In this document: positions 24,070 through 34,234 of the stretch, one piece after another | How the letters are laid out: every line of letters starts with the position of its first letter | How positions within the stretch are numbered: position 1 is the first letter of the stretch | Origin: Macrostomum hystrix | Taxonomy: Eukaryota; Animalia; Platyhelminthes | Length of the DNA: 64,000 nucleotides | Assembly (NCBI GenBank): GCA_950097015.1 | Contig: CATNEN010000037.1 | Coordinates: 1,054,001-1,118,000 of the forward strand | Direction: 5' to 3' | The notes under the pieces: model-generated | Databases searched by the model: none | What the model saw: the letters and a program-made list of their open reading frames with translations, nothing else | What the model was told of the DNA's origin: nothing | Made by a program: the position numbers and the translations under genes

Positions 24070-24358
24070 TGTCAAGCCGTGCTCAGGAGTATAAGGCAAG
24101 ACTGCCCGTAGGCTTGGTTTGGGTTAGTAGCGAATTTAGTTTATTAGTCACGATGTTTCACGATACACTTGCATATATATATAAGTAGACGAGTCAACAA
24201 GGCTTAAAAGTCAACAGGTGTTGAGTACATCAATAATCAATATTCAGGCTGCGTACATTGGGTCAGAGTGCGGTTGGCGCGCAGGTCTGCAGATCTACCA
24301 CAGTTCACTTGCTTAACACAGTTCACGGTTCATTCACGGCTCAAACCCCGGCACGTCA
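24070..24358 (-). repeat. 5' LTR (289 bp)
   Basis: Matches 22350-22638; followed on the minus strand by ATGGCATCG (PBS-like site overlapping the gag start). Confidence 0.95.
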
Positions 24359-24549
24359 GATTGATGGGAGGGTGCAGAGTAGATTGATGGGAGGTAGTTT
24401 GTCCTCGTAGTTAGGGACCATTTTCAGGATCGGGATCCTGAAAATCCATTTTCAAAATCTTCAATTTTTGGCATTTTCTTATCGATGCTGTATGGAAATA
24501 ATTTCAATATTGTGATTTTCCGTGAGAAAATTAATACTAACAACTGATT

Positions 24550-24806
24550 ACACCTGCCCCTATAGGGTCAGATGTGCAGCCGACAGCACAGCCGCAGCTA
24601 ATGCGCCGCGCATCTGAAGGCTGCGTACAGCTGTTCAGTCCATGGACTGGGGGGAAGCCACACCCACCTTCAATTATCCCAGCTGATGCTGGCACCCATT
24701 TAACAGCTGGGTGAACTGAAGCAATGCAGAGTTAAGTGTCTAGCTAAAGGACACAAATTGTTCCAGTGGAGTCGGGAATCGAACCCCAGACGTTCAAGTT
24801 GTGAGT
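24550..24806 (-). mobile_element. tRNA-derived SINE family A (CORE-like), 5'-truncated copy
   Basis: High similarity to 32658-32952; B-box GGTTCGATTCC on the minus strand (plus strand GGAATCGAACC near 24775); A-box missing. Confidence 0.8.
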
Positions 24807-25071
24807 TGTGACAAATCCAGTTTCTGTTCCGTGGACGAGAATTCCCGCAAAGTTGAACCGTGGCCATTGGCCCTCGCCAACCCGCGATGGCTTCGCTATC
24901 TCAGCCCACCCAGTTGCTAAGGCTGTCCCTAATTCTATCCAATGAAATTTGATCGCCTCCGCATTTTCACACCAGGTGTGAATTAACCCTAAAAATTTCT
25001 TTAAGACAAACAGTTTTCTATCTCTCGTTAAAGAAGAAAAAAACGAATTGGTGTCAAATTAAGCTGCAATC

Positions 25072-25266
25072 ATGTTTCACAAGCAACAATTCAGCCGCTT
25101 TCAAATGCAACTTCAACCGCCGCAGCCGCAGCCGCAGCCGCCGACGCCGCAGCCACAGCCACTTCAGCAGGCGATGCAACAGTTCTATTTTCAATTCGGA
25201 CAATTTCCTGACTCTTGTTGGCCATTTCCTGGGGCCTATCTGCCTCCTTTCTGGCCCTGCTTCTAT
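25072..25266 (+). CDS. Possible Gln/Pro-rich first exon (candidate upstream exon of the His-Me finger gene)
   Basis: ATG at 25072, open to the strong donor TAT|GTGAGT (phase 0); phase-compatible with AG at 26379-26380 or with the acceptor at 27368. No homology recognised. Confidence 0.4.
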
Positions 25267-25271
25267 GTGAG

Positions 25272-25645
25272 TCTGGAATTGACTGGAATAGACTGAAATC
25301 TGACTGGAATAGACTGAAATCAGTTAGGAATAGACTGAAATCTGACTGGAATAGACTGAAATCTGACTGGAATAGACTAAAATCTGACTGGAATAGACTG
25401 AAATCTGACTGGAATAGACTGAAATCTGACTGGAATAGACTGAAATCTGACTGACATAGACTGAAATTTGACTGGAATCTGACAGGAACAGACTGAAATC
25501 AGTTAGGAATAGACTGAAATCAGTTAGGAACAGACTGAAATCAGTTAGGAATAGACTGAAATCAGTTAGGAACAGACTGAAATCAGTTAGGAATAGACTG
25601 AAATCAGTTAGGAATAGACTGAAATCAGTTAGGAATAGACTGAAA
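25272..25645. repeat. 21-bp minisatellite (GACTGGAATAGACTGAAATCT shifting to GTTAGGAATAGACTGAAATCA)
   Basis: About 17 copies starting right after the donor at 25267. Confidence 0.92.
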
Positions 25646-26392
25646 GTGGATAGGGCCTACAAAGACCTGTCGATGACAAGCGACATGAAAAAGGATGATC
25701 CATTTGAACTCATTCAAACTACAAGGGGTACTTCTTAAGCCACTGACCGCTGAAGTGAAGCTGGTGATGACCTACAAAGAGGTCGTGTCTTTGTCTGTGT
25801 AATTTTCATAACAGTATTCCTCTATATGGGATAAATAGCTCAGTCTTTGTCTCCGTTACTTGACCTACCCCATCAGACACATTCTGAATTCCCCTATAGT
25901 AAACACTTTGTTGATTTTAATCCTATAAAGTACCCGCGCGGGGTTCACTGGGTACAATTGACTAGATCTCTATAGGTGCTCTATAGGTTGAGTCTGGGTG
26001 ACTCAACATCAAACCCTGGGAGATCTGAAACTGGGGCAAATTAAGACAGAAAAAGAGAGAGTGGCATGCCGTGTCAAAGGAGACTTTTTCTGCCCCGGGT
26101 CTTCACTCTCAGAGGAATAAAGACCAACCAGCCAGCCCCCAGCCATTGACAAGGAAGTGAGTAAAGTGGTGCGTCACCCCTGGCTATTGCCGCATTGGCA
26201 GGGGGAGGCGGCGGTGGGGTGGGTGGGCTGGTGATACCGCAAGCAGCCGCCAGTCTGTCTCTCCTGATAGTTCTATATAAAGCAGTCATCGGGATTATTT
26301 TCCTGAATAAGAAAATCAAACAGTCAATTATATATTTGCTAGAAATCTGAAATCAGCACTCAGCTATATTTAATAAAAAGCTGAACTTTGCT

Positions 26393-26650
26393 ATGGAAAC
26401 TGACAAAACTTCGTCGCTAAAACAGGAGCCAATGCCGTTTGTTCAGCAGCATCAGCAGCAGCAGCGTTACAGCCGGCTCAGTGAAAGTGCAGCCATTGTT
26501 CTGTGCATGAGCCGTGCCAGGCGCCTCTCAGGTATCTGGTACAAGGCCGTCTCTCATCTGCGCACAGGAAAAAGAAACAAGAAAGAGAAGAAGAGAACAT
26601 TGCTGCCAGCAGACTATGCCAGACTGCGGGAGGCCAGGGACACCGCCACG
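26393..26650 (+). CDS. His-Me finger (HNH-like) domain protein, exon 1; join(26393-26650,27369-27855,30763-31218,31371-31675,32111-32626), 673 aa
   Basis: ATG at 26393; basic cluster RTGKRNKKEKKR; donor ACG|GTGAGT (phase 0). The five exons total 2022 bp and stay in frame. Confidence 0.7.
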
Positions 26651-26667
26651 GTGAGTAGAGGCGGGGA

Positions 26668-27320
26668 AGTGACTGTCTAGCAGGGGGCGGGTGTGTCTAG
26701 CAGGGGGCGGGTGTGTCCAGCAGGGGGCGGGTGTGTCTAGCAGGGGGCGGAAGGGACTGTCTAGCAGGGGGCGGAAGTGACTGTCTAGCAGGGGGCGGAA
26801 GTGACTGTCTAGCAGGGGGCGGAAGGGACTATCTAGCAGGGGGCGGAAGGGACTGTCTAGCAGGGGGCGGAAGGGACTGTCTAGCAGGGGGCAGAAGGGA
26901 CTGTCTAGCAGGGGGCGGAAGGGACTGTCTAGCAGGGGGCGGAAGTGACTGTCTAGCAGGGGGCGGAAGGGACTGTCTAGCAGGGGGCGGGTGTGTCTAG
27001 CAGGGGGCGGGTGTGTCTAGCAGGGGGCGGAAGGGACTGTCTAGCAGGGGGCGGAAGTGACTGTCTAGCAGGGGGCGGAAGGGACTGTCTAGCAGGGGGC
27101 GGGTGTGTCTAGCAGGGGGCGGAAGGGACTGTCTAGCAGGGGGCGGAAGTGACTGTCTAGCAGGGGGCGGGTGTGTCTAGCAGGGGGCGGGTGTGTCTAG
27201 CAGGGGGCGGGTGTGTCTAGCAGGGGGCGGAATCTCCGGGAAGGGGCGGAAGCAAGGGGCGGATGTGATGGTCCAGTAGGGGGGGGGCGGAATCTCCGGG
27301 AAGGGACGGAAAGGGCGGAA
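26668..27320. repeat. 24-bp/21-bp GC-box-containing minisatellite (GTCTAGCAGGGGGCGGAAGGGACT)
   Basis: About 27 copies filling intron 1. Confidence 0.93.
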
Positions 27321-27368
27321 CGGACTCCCTAGCAGCGCTAATCCTGAAACTGTTAATCCTTGCGGCAG

Positions 27369-27855
27369 GACATGACGGAGCCAGAACTCGCCGATGTGAT
27401 CGCCAACCTGCTAAAGAAGATTCTGAAGGAGGTGGCCGACCCGGCCGAAGGTCGCGAAGCCTTCACCCGGGCCTGGCTGGGCGTCGATGATGGAGACGAC
27501 TGCGTCCTGACCCTGCCAGACGCCAAGGGCAAGATGAAGCGCATCGACGGACTGCGAGGCTCGGACAAAGTTTGGCGCCTGGACACGCTAGTTGCCATGC
27601 TGTACTATGGAGTGCCCATGGACAGCACAGACACTGGCCTGCTGGTCCACCGCTGCGATAGGGACTTGTGCGTCAATCCGGGCCATCTCTGCTTTCAGTG
27701 CAGCCCGGCCACTATGGCCGTTGCCATGGAGATGCTGAGAGTCGGCGGCTGTCGATTCGATGCCACCTCGGAGTCGGACAGGGCAGCCAAGGAGATGCGG
27801 CACTTTCAGTTCGCGTCTCCGTTTCCCATTGAAGTCATTCGGAAGGAGATGAGCG
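27369..27855 (+). CDS. His-Me finger (HNH-like) domain protein, exon 2 (contains the domain)
   Basis: Acceptor CCTTGCGGCAG|GAC; DDCVLTLPDAKGKMKRIDGLRGSDKVWRLDTLVAMLYYGVPMDSTDTGLLVHRCDRDLCVNPGHLCF; donor G|GTGAGT (phase 1). Confidence 0.85.
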
Positions 27856-27894
27856 GTGAGTGACTCGGGCAGCAGAGAAATTATTATCCCCCTG

Positions 27895-28180
27895 TTCTTC
27901 TCCCCTCCTCTTCTCCCCCTCTTCTTCTCCCCCTCTTCTCCCCCCTCTTCTTCTCCCCCTCTTCTTCTCCCCCTCTTCTTCTCCCCCTCTTCTTCTCCCC
28001 CTCTTCTTCCCCCCTCCTCTTCTCCCCCTCTTCTTCCCCTATTCTTCACCCCCTCTTCTTCTCCCCCTCTTCTTCTCCCCTCTTCTTTTCCCCTCTTTTT
28101 TTTCGCCCCCACTTTTTCTTCTCCCCGTCTTTTCTCCCCCTGTTCTTCTTCCTCCTCTTCTCTTCCTCTTTCCTTCTACT
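27895..28180. repeat. Pyrimidine-rich (CTTCTTCTCCCCCT)-type low-complexity repeat
   Basis: Direct inspection; begins about 40 bp after the donor. Confidence 0.85.
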
Positions 28181-29611
28181 ATAATCTACTATATCCTCCT
28201 ACTACTTCTTCTAATATCCCATACAGATAACAATTCAGTCACCAAAATCCCAAGCCTACACCCCTCGGTGTAGCGTTGGTCAGTGTCTTTGCAAATTGTT
28301 TCTGCACCAAATAATTGCCAGGGTCCATGCAGTCAGTTTTATCCCATTAACAACTGTTTTTAGGCCGCACCCGCAGTATCAAAATCAGAGACTCGGACAA
28401 CTGTTGATGATGATGAAACCCATCTGCTTTTTTTCAACCCCTGCAGTTCCCGTCTCGACCTGTCAATCAATTTTAGCTGATCATTTTAGCCAGCTGAGAC
28501 CAAGCACCGCTAACCATATCCCAGTGTCCGATTTCAATTTAATTTACTAGCAATTAAATGCAATAAATAGAAAACCAAATTGAGGTCAACCGCCCAGTTT
28601 AGAACAGTTTGAATAAACATCAAACACTCTGGTCTGGCCTGACTCTGACGGGTAGGGAATTAAATCCCCTAATCACGTGGGATCTCGCATTTTTGTGTGT
28701 CGGCTGTGCGCGCAGCTGACGCCGGTGTTTCAATTTTCAGAGTCACCGCCAGTCCAGTCAGAAATGATGGAATTATGTGACTCACAAAAATGTTCTCTGC
28801 ACTTTCAGCGGTATTGGCTTGATTGTAATGGGGGAAATTTAGTCGGAACAAAGACTAAACCGCAAATATCACCAACTTTTAATGTAGATGCCATATGGCT
28901 GGGGCTTTTTATTTCATTTGCGGTGACCCCATCGGGAGGGGCGCTGGGATTCTCAAAGCCAATCAGTCTCCCGGTCCGGTAGTCCTCAATACGCTTCGTT
29001 ACAATGCCGTGCCATGTTATCCTCTAAATCATAAATTTGTCACGCGGTCGGGACCCATTTTATGACTCTTTATCCAATCCATCTGCCTTATCAACTAGGG
29101 CAAGGTGTATTTGGACAGTTAGTATCCCATTATATTAGCCATAAGGGAGGGCTGTGTTCCTGGACAGAGAAAGAGGGAGAGACAGGGGGAGAAGGGAACG
29201 GGATTATAAAAAAGGTGACTGAGAAGTGACGTCAGGGGTGGTTGGGGGTCTGCGTCAGGAGAGGTCTTTGTTGAAGATCCGGGCGGGTTTCGGGCCTCAG
29301 ATAACGCATTGGCGGGCCAGAAGCCAAAGTGAAGGGATTCTAAGCCGGGCCCAACAACCCCTCAGCAATCTGCTTTTTTGGAAACTAGCTCGCATTTAGC
29401 TCAGGCCGTGACTCACGAGCCCCAGGGAGTGGGGTGGTCGGGTGAAATGCGTTGTTTACTTTAATTTTGAGTCACTCAGAGTATTTTCGACTCTGCTTTG
29501 CTGTTTTTAGGAATTGGGGAACTAAATGGACAAACTATTTGACAAGATCCTATTGGGAAAACAAATGTTTAAAGTCGGTGAGAATCTATAAGACTCCTAA
29601 ACAGCCCCTGG

Positions 29612-29908
29612 GCTACTAAACTCTATAGATACTAAACTCTATAGATACTAAACTCTATAAATACTAAACTCTATAGATACTAAACTCTATAGATACTAAA
29701 CTCTATAGATACTAAACTCTATAGATACTAAACTCTATAGATACTAAACTCTATAGATACTAAACTCTATAGATACAAAACTCTATAGATACTAAACTCT
29801 ATAGATACTAAACTCTATAGATACTAAACTCTATAGATACTAAACTCTATAGATACTAAACTCTATAGATACTAAACTCTATAGATACTAAACTCTATAG
29901 ATACTAAA
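29612..29908. repeat. 16-bp minisatellite (ACTAAACTCTATAGAT)
   Basis: About 18 copies, each containing the palindrome TCTATAGA. Confidence 0.95.
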
Positions 29909-30762
29909 CGCCACGATTTCGAAAATCATACAGAACCCAAGGCAAAATTCATTCTAAGAACAAAGGCAATGAGAGGGAATTAAGAAAGAAGAACCTCATT
30001 CTTTCAGTTGTAAATCAATTATGTGCCAAAGATGCTTTGAATCCAAAGCCATTGTTTATGAAACAAAGATTAAAAGCAGACACAAAGATGAATCATTGTC
30101 TTTTTAACGGAAATAACTGGCGCCTAAGTAGTTAAAGCTGCTAATTTCTCATTGGCGCTCTGTAGGAAGTCTTGGACGCAAAATGTTGTCAAATTGTGTC
30201 TCCAGGTGAAATTATTGTCTAGAACAAAAATGTTAAGAGGATACCGGAGTCGCCGCTCTGTCTGATTTGATATAAAGTTGATTTCTCGCATCTTTTGTTG
30301 GTTGTCAGCTGGGATGGATCTTCCAAAATGAAATTATAGAAGAGGAACGAACAAGCAGACACGGGTCACAACTTGTGTAATCAACTGAGACAGGATATAC
30401 ATCTATGCCCGTAATTGCTACTGTTAGTAGTTAAAGTGGGACTGACAACACTTTACTGGAAATAGATAAAAGGGAATAAATAACTGGTGAGGCCGCCACG
30501 CACTACTAAAATTACTACTCAATAGACACAAATTGTCTCTATTGGGCAAGGATACGAACTCTCGACCTTTCCCATCAGAAGGACAGGAAACTACGTTTCT
30601 TAGAAACAGTTTATTGAAATAGGCGCAGGACATAATTTTCGTTGTGAATTATTTGGCAGAAACCAGCCTTCAAAACTTGTTTTCTAGGAAACTTAGTACC
30701 CCTTCTTCTACTCCTGGTGTTCATTGTCTAACCACTGGACTAAAATTCGATTTGAACTTCAG

Positions 30763-31218
30763 CGACAATGCCGATACCGGCCAGGGTGCTGGACAGGTAC
30801 CCGGTCTCCGGGGAGGACGCGGCCCTGCTGCGCTCGGAGCATCCGCAGCTGTGGGCCGCCTACCGCGACCTGCTCAGCCGGCCATCGCCGCTGGCGGCCT
30901 GTCCGTCGCGGCCGCAGAGTCACATTGGCTTCGCTCCGAATTGCGGCGCCGGATCTATCGGCAGCGGCTTCCGGCCAATACGAGATCCTGTCTCGAATGG
31001 CTCCGCGAGTGCAACCGGCGCAGCTGCCGCCTTAGCGGCTGCCACTTCGGGCAGTTCAGCAACTCGACGTCGACCAGCACCAGCGGCGCCGGTTGCGGCG
31101 AATTTATCGTCGAGTTTTTCGACAACGTCGGCGACGGATCTCAGAATGCCGCCAAAGAAGCGTCGGCCAGTCAGCAGCATCGACTTCGCGGCGACGCCAT
31201 CCAGGCTGACTGCGTTTC
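30763..31218 (+). CDS. His-Me finger protein, exon 3
   Basis: Acceptor TTTGAACTTCAG|CG (G+CG = Ala); MPIPARVLDRYP...RMPPKKRRP (SV40-type NLS-like); donor C|GTGAGT (phase 1). Confidence 0.8.
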
Positions 31219-31235
31219 GTGAGTTGAAGACGGGA

Positions 31236-31330
31236 CTGGGGTCATTGAGACAGGGAGAGGACAAGGGGTCATTGAGACAGGGAGCGGACAGGGGTTCATT
31301 GAGACAGGGAGAGGACAGGGGGTCATTGAC
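31236..31330. repeat. Short ~28-bp tandem repeat (GGGTCATTGAGACAGGGAGAGGACAGG) in the 152-bp intron 3
   Basis: About 3.5 copies. Confidence 0.8.
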
Positions 31331-31370
31331 AAAGTACATTTGACAATTCAAAATCCATTTTACTTTACAG

Positions 31371-31675
31371 AGCCAATTAGCCACCCAGTCAGTAGTTGGT
31401 TTGCCGCTCAGCAACAGCAGCAGCAAGACTCAGACAGCTTTAGCGTTGCGGAAGAAGACGAAGTTGCTGCCATCACGCAACCTTCGAGCTTCTATCATTC
31501 GCCATTGTCGCAGCCGTCTTCCAGCGATGACTCAGCAGCTCCAGCGACGTCCACAGCTGCCGCAGCCGCTGCCGCGGCTTCATGCGGTGTAGGAAGCATT
31601 GGCGTTGGCGGACCCCTGCAACAGTTGGCCATGGCGGCCCTGCACTCATTGAGGAGCTCACCCTATTGTCAGAGT
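31371..31675 (+). CDS. His-Me finger protein, exon 4 (Q/S/A-rich)
   Basis: Acceptor TTTTACTTTACAG|AG (C+AG = Gln); donor AGT|GTGAGT (phase 0). Confidence 0.78.
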
Positions 31676-31799
31676 GTGAGTCTTTTTTTCAAAAGTCTCG
31701 TATGGAGAGTCGGCAATAGACAACAGACTTATCCATGAACTTCGGGGGGTGGGGGACAAATATTTTGGATGACTCTGTATGGATGACTTATCGATTTAT

Positions 31800-32050
31800 G
31801 TACATTTATGTACAGTCTGAGGGGTAGATATTCAGCGTGCAGTCGAATGACTCATCGATGTACTTCAAATTACACTCTGGGGGGTAGAGATTCTGCTCGC
31901 AGTCGGATGACTCATCGTTGTAAATTCTGAGGGGTAGAAATTCTGCACGCAGTCGGATGACTCATCGATGTACACTATGGGGTTGTGTAGAGATTCTGCA
32001 CACGGTAGAATGAAGTATCTATGTAAACTCAAAATGGAGATTCTGCATGG
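31800..32050. repeat. Degenerate ~50-bp tandem repeat (...GGGGTAGAAATTCTGCACGCAGTCGGATGACTCATCGATGTA)
   Basis: About 4-5 imperfect copies in intron 4. Confidence 0.7.
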
Positions 32051-32110
32051 CCAGATTATGGGCACGTGGCAAACAAAAGGCTTTAGTTTTTGTTAACTTT
32101 CACCACGCAG

Positions 32111-32626
32111 CCAATCGCGCCCGAGTTGTTCGCTCCGATTCCGTTCTGCAACGCCGCCGCTAATCCAGCCGTCAGCGCCGCCACGACATCCGCTGCCGCC
32201 GCCGCCGCCGCCGCCGCCGCCATTGCCGCAGGAGTCATGGCGCCGCTACCACGACCGCGTCCGCTGCTGCCTCCCGGCAGCCTCAGCTCCAGTCCACTGC
32301 CGACGCTGGGCGATCATTTGTCAGCTTCGAACAGTTTCAGCATCGGAGGAGGCGGCGACGGTCTGTTTCGTCCAATTCTACCGGCTGCATCGATGCCGGA
32401 CGCTGGGCTGCAGGGTAGCGATGCGCCCAACGGGCTGCGGATGCTTCTGGAGATGCGGCAGCAGCAGCAACAGCAGCAGGTCTCTGGTTTAAGCAGCGAT
32501 GCAGCCGCATTCAAAGATCGACTCGAACGATTCGAGCGTCTGTTACGCGCTGCCGGAGGCGGCCATTCAATTGTGCCCTCGACGTCTTCAGCAACTTCAG
32601 CAGCTACCGCAGCTGCTCTGCTCTGA
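32111..32626 (+). CDS. His-Me finger protein, terminal exon 5 (Ala/Pro/Gln-rich)
   Basis: Acceptor TTTCACCACGCAG|CCA (phase 0); poly-A and poly-Q tracts; TGA at 32624-32626. Confidence 0.78.
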   Translation, partial: PIAPELFAPIPFCNAAANPAVSAATTSAAAAAAAAAAIAAGVMAPLPRPRPLLPPGSLSSSPLPTLGDHLSASNSFSIGGGGDGLFRPILPAASMPDAGLQGSDAPNGLRMLLEMRQQQQQQQVSGLSSDAAAFKDRLERFERLLRAAGGGHSIVPSTSSATSAATAAALL

Positions 32627-32657
32627 TTGGCCAGTTATGAAGGACTATTGTACCTGA

Positions 32658-32952
32658 TAATAATTAATAATAATAATAATATTTGATTACGAGTACACCT
32701 GCAGCTACAGCCCCAGCTATTGCGCGGCGCATCTGAAGACCCCGTACAGCTGTTCAGTCCATGGACTGGAGGGACGTCACACCCACCTTCAATTATCCCA
32801 GCTATTGCTGGTACCCATTTAACAGCTGGGTGAACTGAAGCAATGCAGAGTTAAGTGTCTTGCTAAAGGACACAAATTGTTTCAGTGGAGTCAGGAATCG
32901 AACCCCGACCTTCAAGTCGTGAGTCCGACGCCCTAACCACTAGGCTACAACC
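32658..32952 (-). mobile_element. tRNA-derived SINE family A (CORE-like), near full-length
   Basis: Minus strand: A-box TAGCCTAGTGG, B-box GGTTCGATTCC, then TGTGTCCTTTAGCAAGACACTTAACTCTGCATTGCTTCAGTTCACCCAGCTGTTAAATGGG (resembles the MIR CORE domain), then a (TAT)n tail. Confidence 0.85.
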
Positions 32953-34234
32953 TCCTAACTAAACACCTAAATAACGTACGAGTGCACTCTAAAATTGGAC
33001 ACTTACTATTTGCCAACACTAATCTAGTCAAGAATTTTTATCTTTAATTATATACGACTCTACTCATAGTAAGGGAGAAGGTTTTTGATTTTGATTATTG
33101 TGACATTTTCTTTGAAAACTGTCTATAATTAAATCTAAGCAAACATTTATTTTTCTGCCTCTGTCCGCTTGTTCTACTCAAGACAATTGGAAAATATTTG
33201 ACTTTCAACTCTTTTTTGATAATCTTCTGATACTCAGGCAGACAAATAGTTTAAGCTCTTAGTGTTACTGCCCGCACTGTACATTATCTCTTCTATCAAC
33301 TAACAACTATTTTATCCGTGTCCATTGAGCCATCTACGCTATAATGTTACCTTGTATTTAGTTTTTTAGTCCCTTGCTACTTTTCTTGTTCTAAGCAAAC
33401 CAACTTTAGTCCTTGTGTCTTTTGATATCCTTGAGTGTGTGTGTGTTGTGCATGTGCTTTTTGTCCAATCATGTCATGATTCCCACATCGTATGGGATCG
33501 ATGGTGGGTAATGTATCTCGTGTAAATGCCTTATCTATCTTACCAATTTAGCACGATAAAATGCCTCTCTAAAGGTACTATATACTCGTAATTAGGTGAA
33601 CGATTGATTCTGATTCCTCCGATTCTGATAAACTTTGATGTTGTGTCCAACAAACAAATTTTAAGCTGTAAAAGTGCACTGCTTTGTTTATTTATTTATT
33701 GTTAATAACTATAACTATTTTTATATTACAAGTACATAGCTCCTTACTGTTAATACCGAATTATAACAAATAAAATTTTGCGCCAATAATGACAATTAAG
33801 GTTTCTTATAATGTTCAAATTAATTCGCACTGTTGGGTGCTTAGAAATGATAACTAAACTAAAACAAAATAAGCCGGAAATAATATCCCCCTGATACATA
33901 TCGCAACAAAAAGTTCACCCAACTGCCAGTCCTCAGAGTGAAGTTCTTTGCAGCCTAGTCTTAAAAAAAGAATTGTCAATACCATGGTACTTGAAGTTCA
34001 GTTTAATCAATCATTTTCGCGTGACTGACGCACCGAAAATGCAGCATGAGATGCCTTCACCCACTAGGATACTGAAGTAGAGGTAGACTGAACATTTGCT
34101 CTAGCTCAATCTGTTGCTTTGTTAGGCCACAGCATAATTCATGAGCATACACACTTTTTTGTTGCAAAATAGGAAAGCCACAAGGTATGGAAAAAAATTG
34201 GTTTGCATGGGTCTAATCTCTTTACTGTATTATC

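Larger units (their letters stand above)
22350..24358 (-). mobile_element. Internally deleted Ty3/Gypsy (Mag-like) LTR retrotransposon, 2009 bp, lacking RT/RNase H
   Basis: Two 289-bp TG...CA LTRs (22350-22638, 24070-24358) with one visible mismatch (22566/24286); 5-bp TSD GATTG (22345-22349, 24359-24363); PPT GAAGGGGGGAGA next to the left LTR on the minus strand; TGG-starting PBS-like site next to the right LTR; gag, protease and integrase remnants. Confidence 0.96.

Noticed and set aside
22548-24094. Plus-strand ORFs inside the LTR element
   Set aside because: They are antisense shadows of GC-rich gag/pol sequence.
28600-29500. Unique, moderately GC-rich stretch in intron 2 of the His-Me finger gene, with 101-aa and ~70-aa open frames
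   Set aside because: No recognisable domain or phase-compatible splice pair; possibly a decayed transposon, but unsupported.
32870-32952. tRNA gene calls for the A/B-box segments here and at 36150-36225 and 61466-61520
   Set aside because: Anticodon and acceptor stems do not pair well, and each continues into a shared SINE body.
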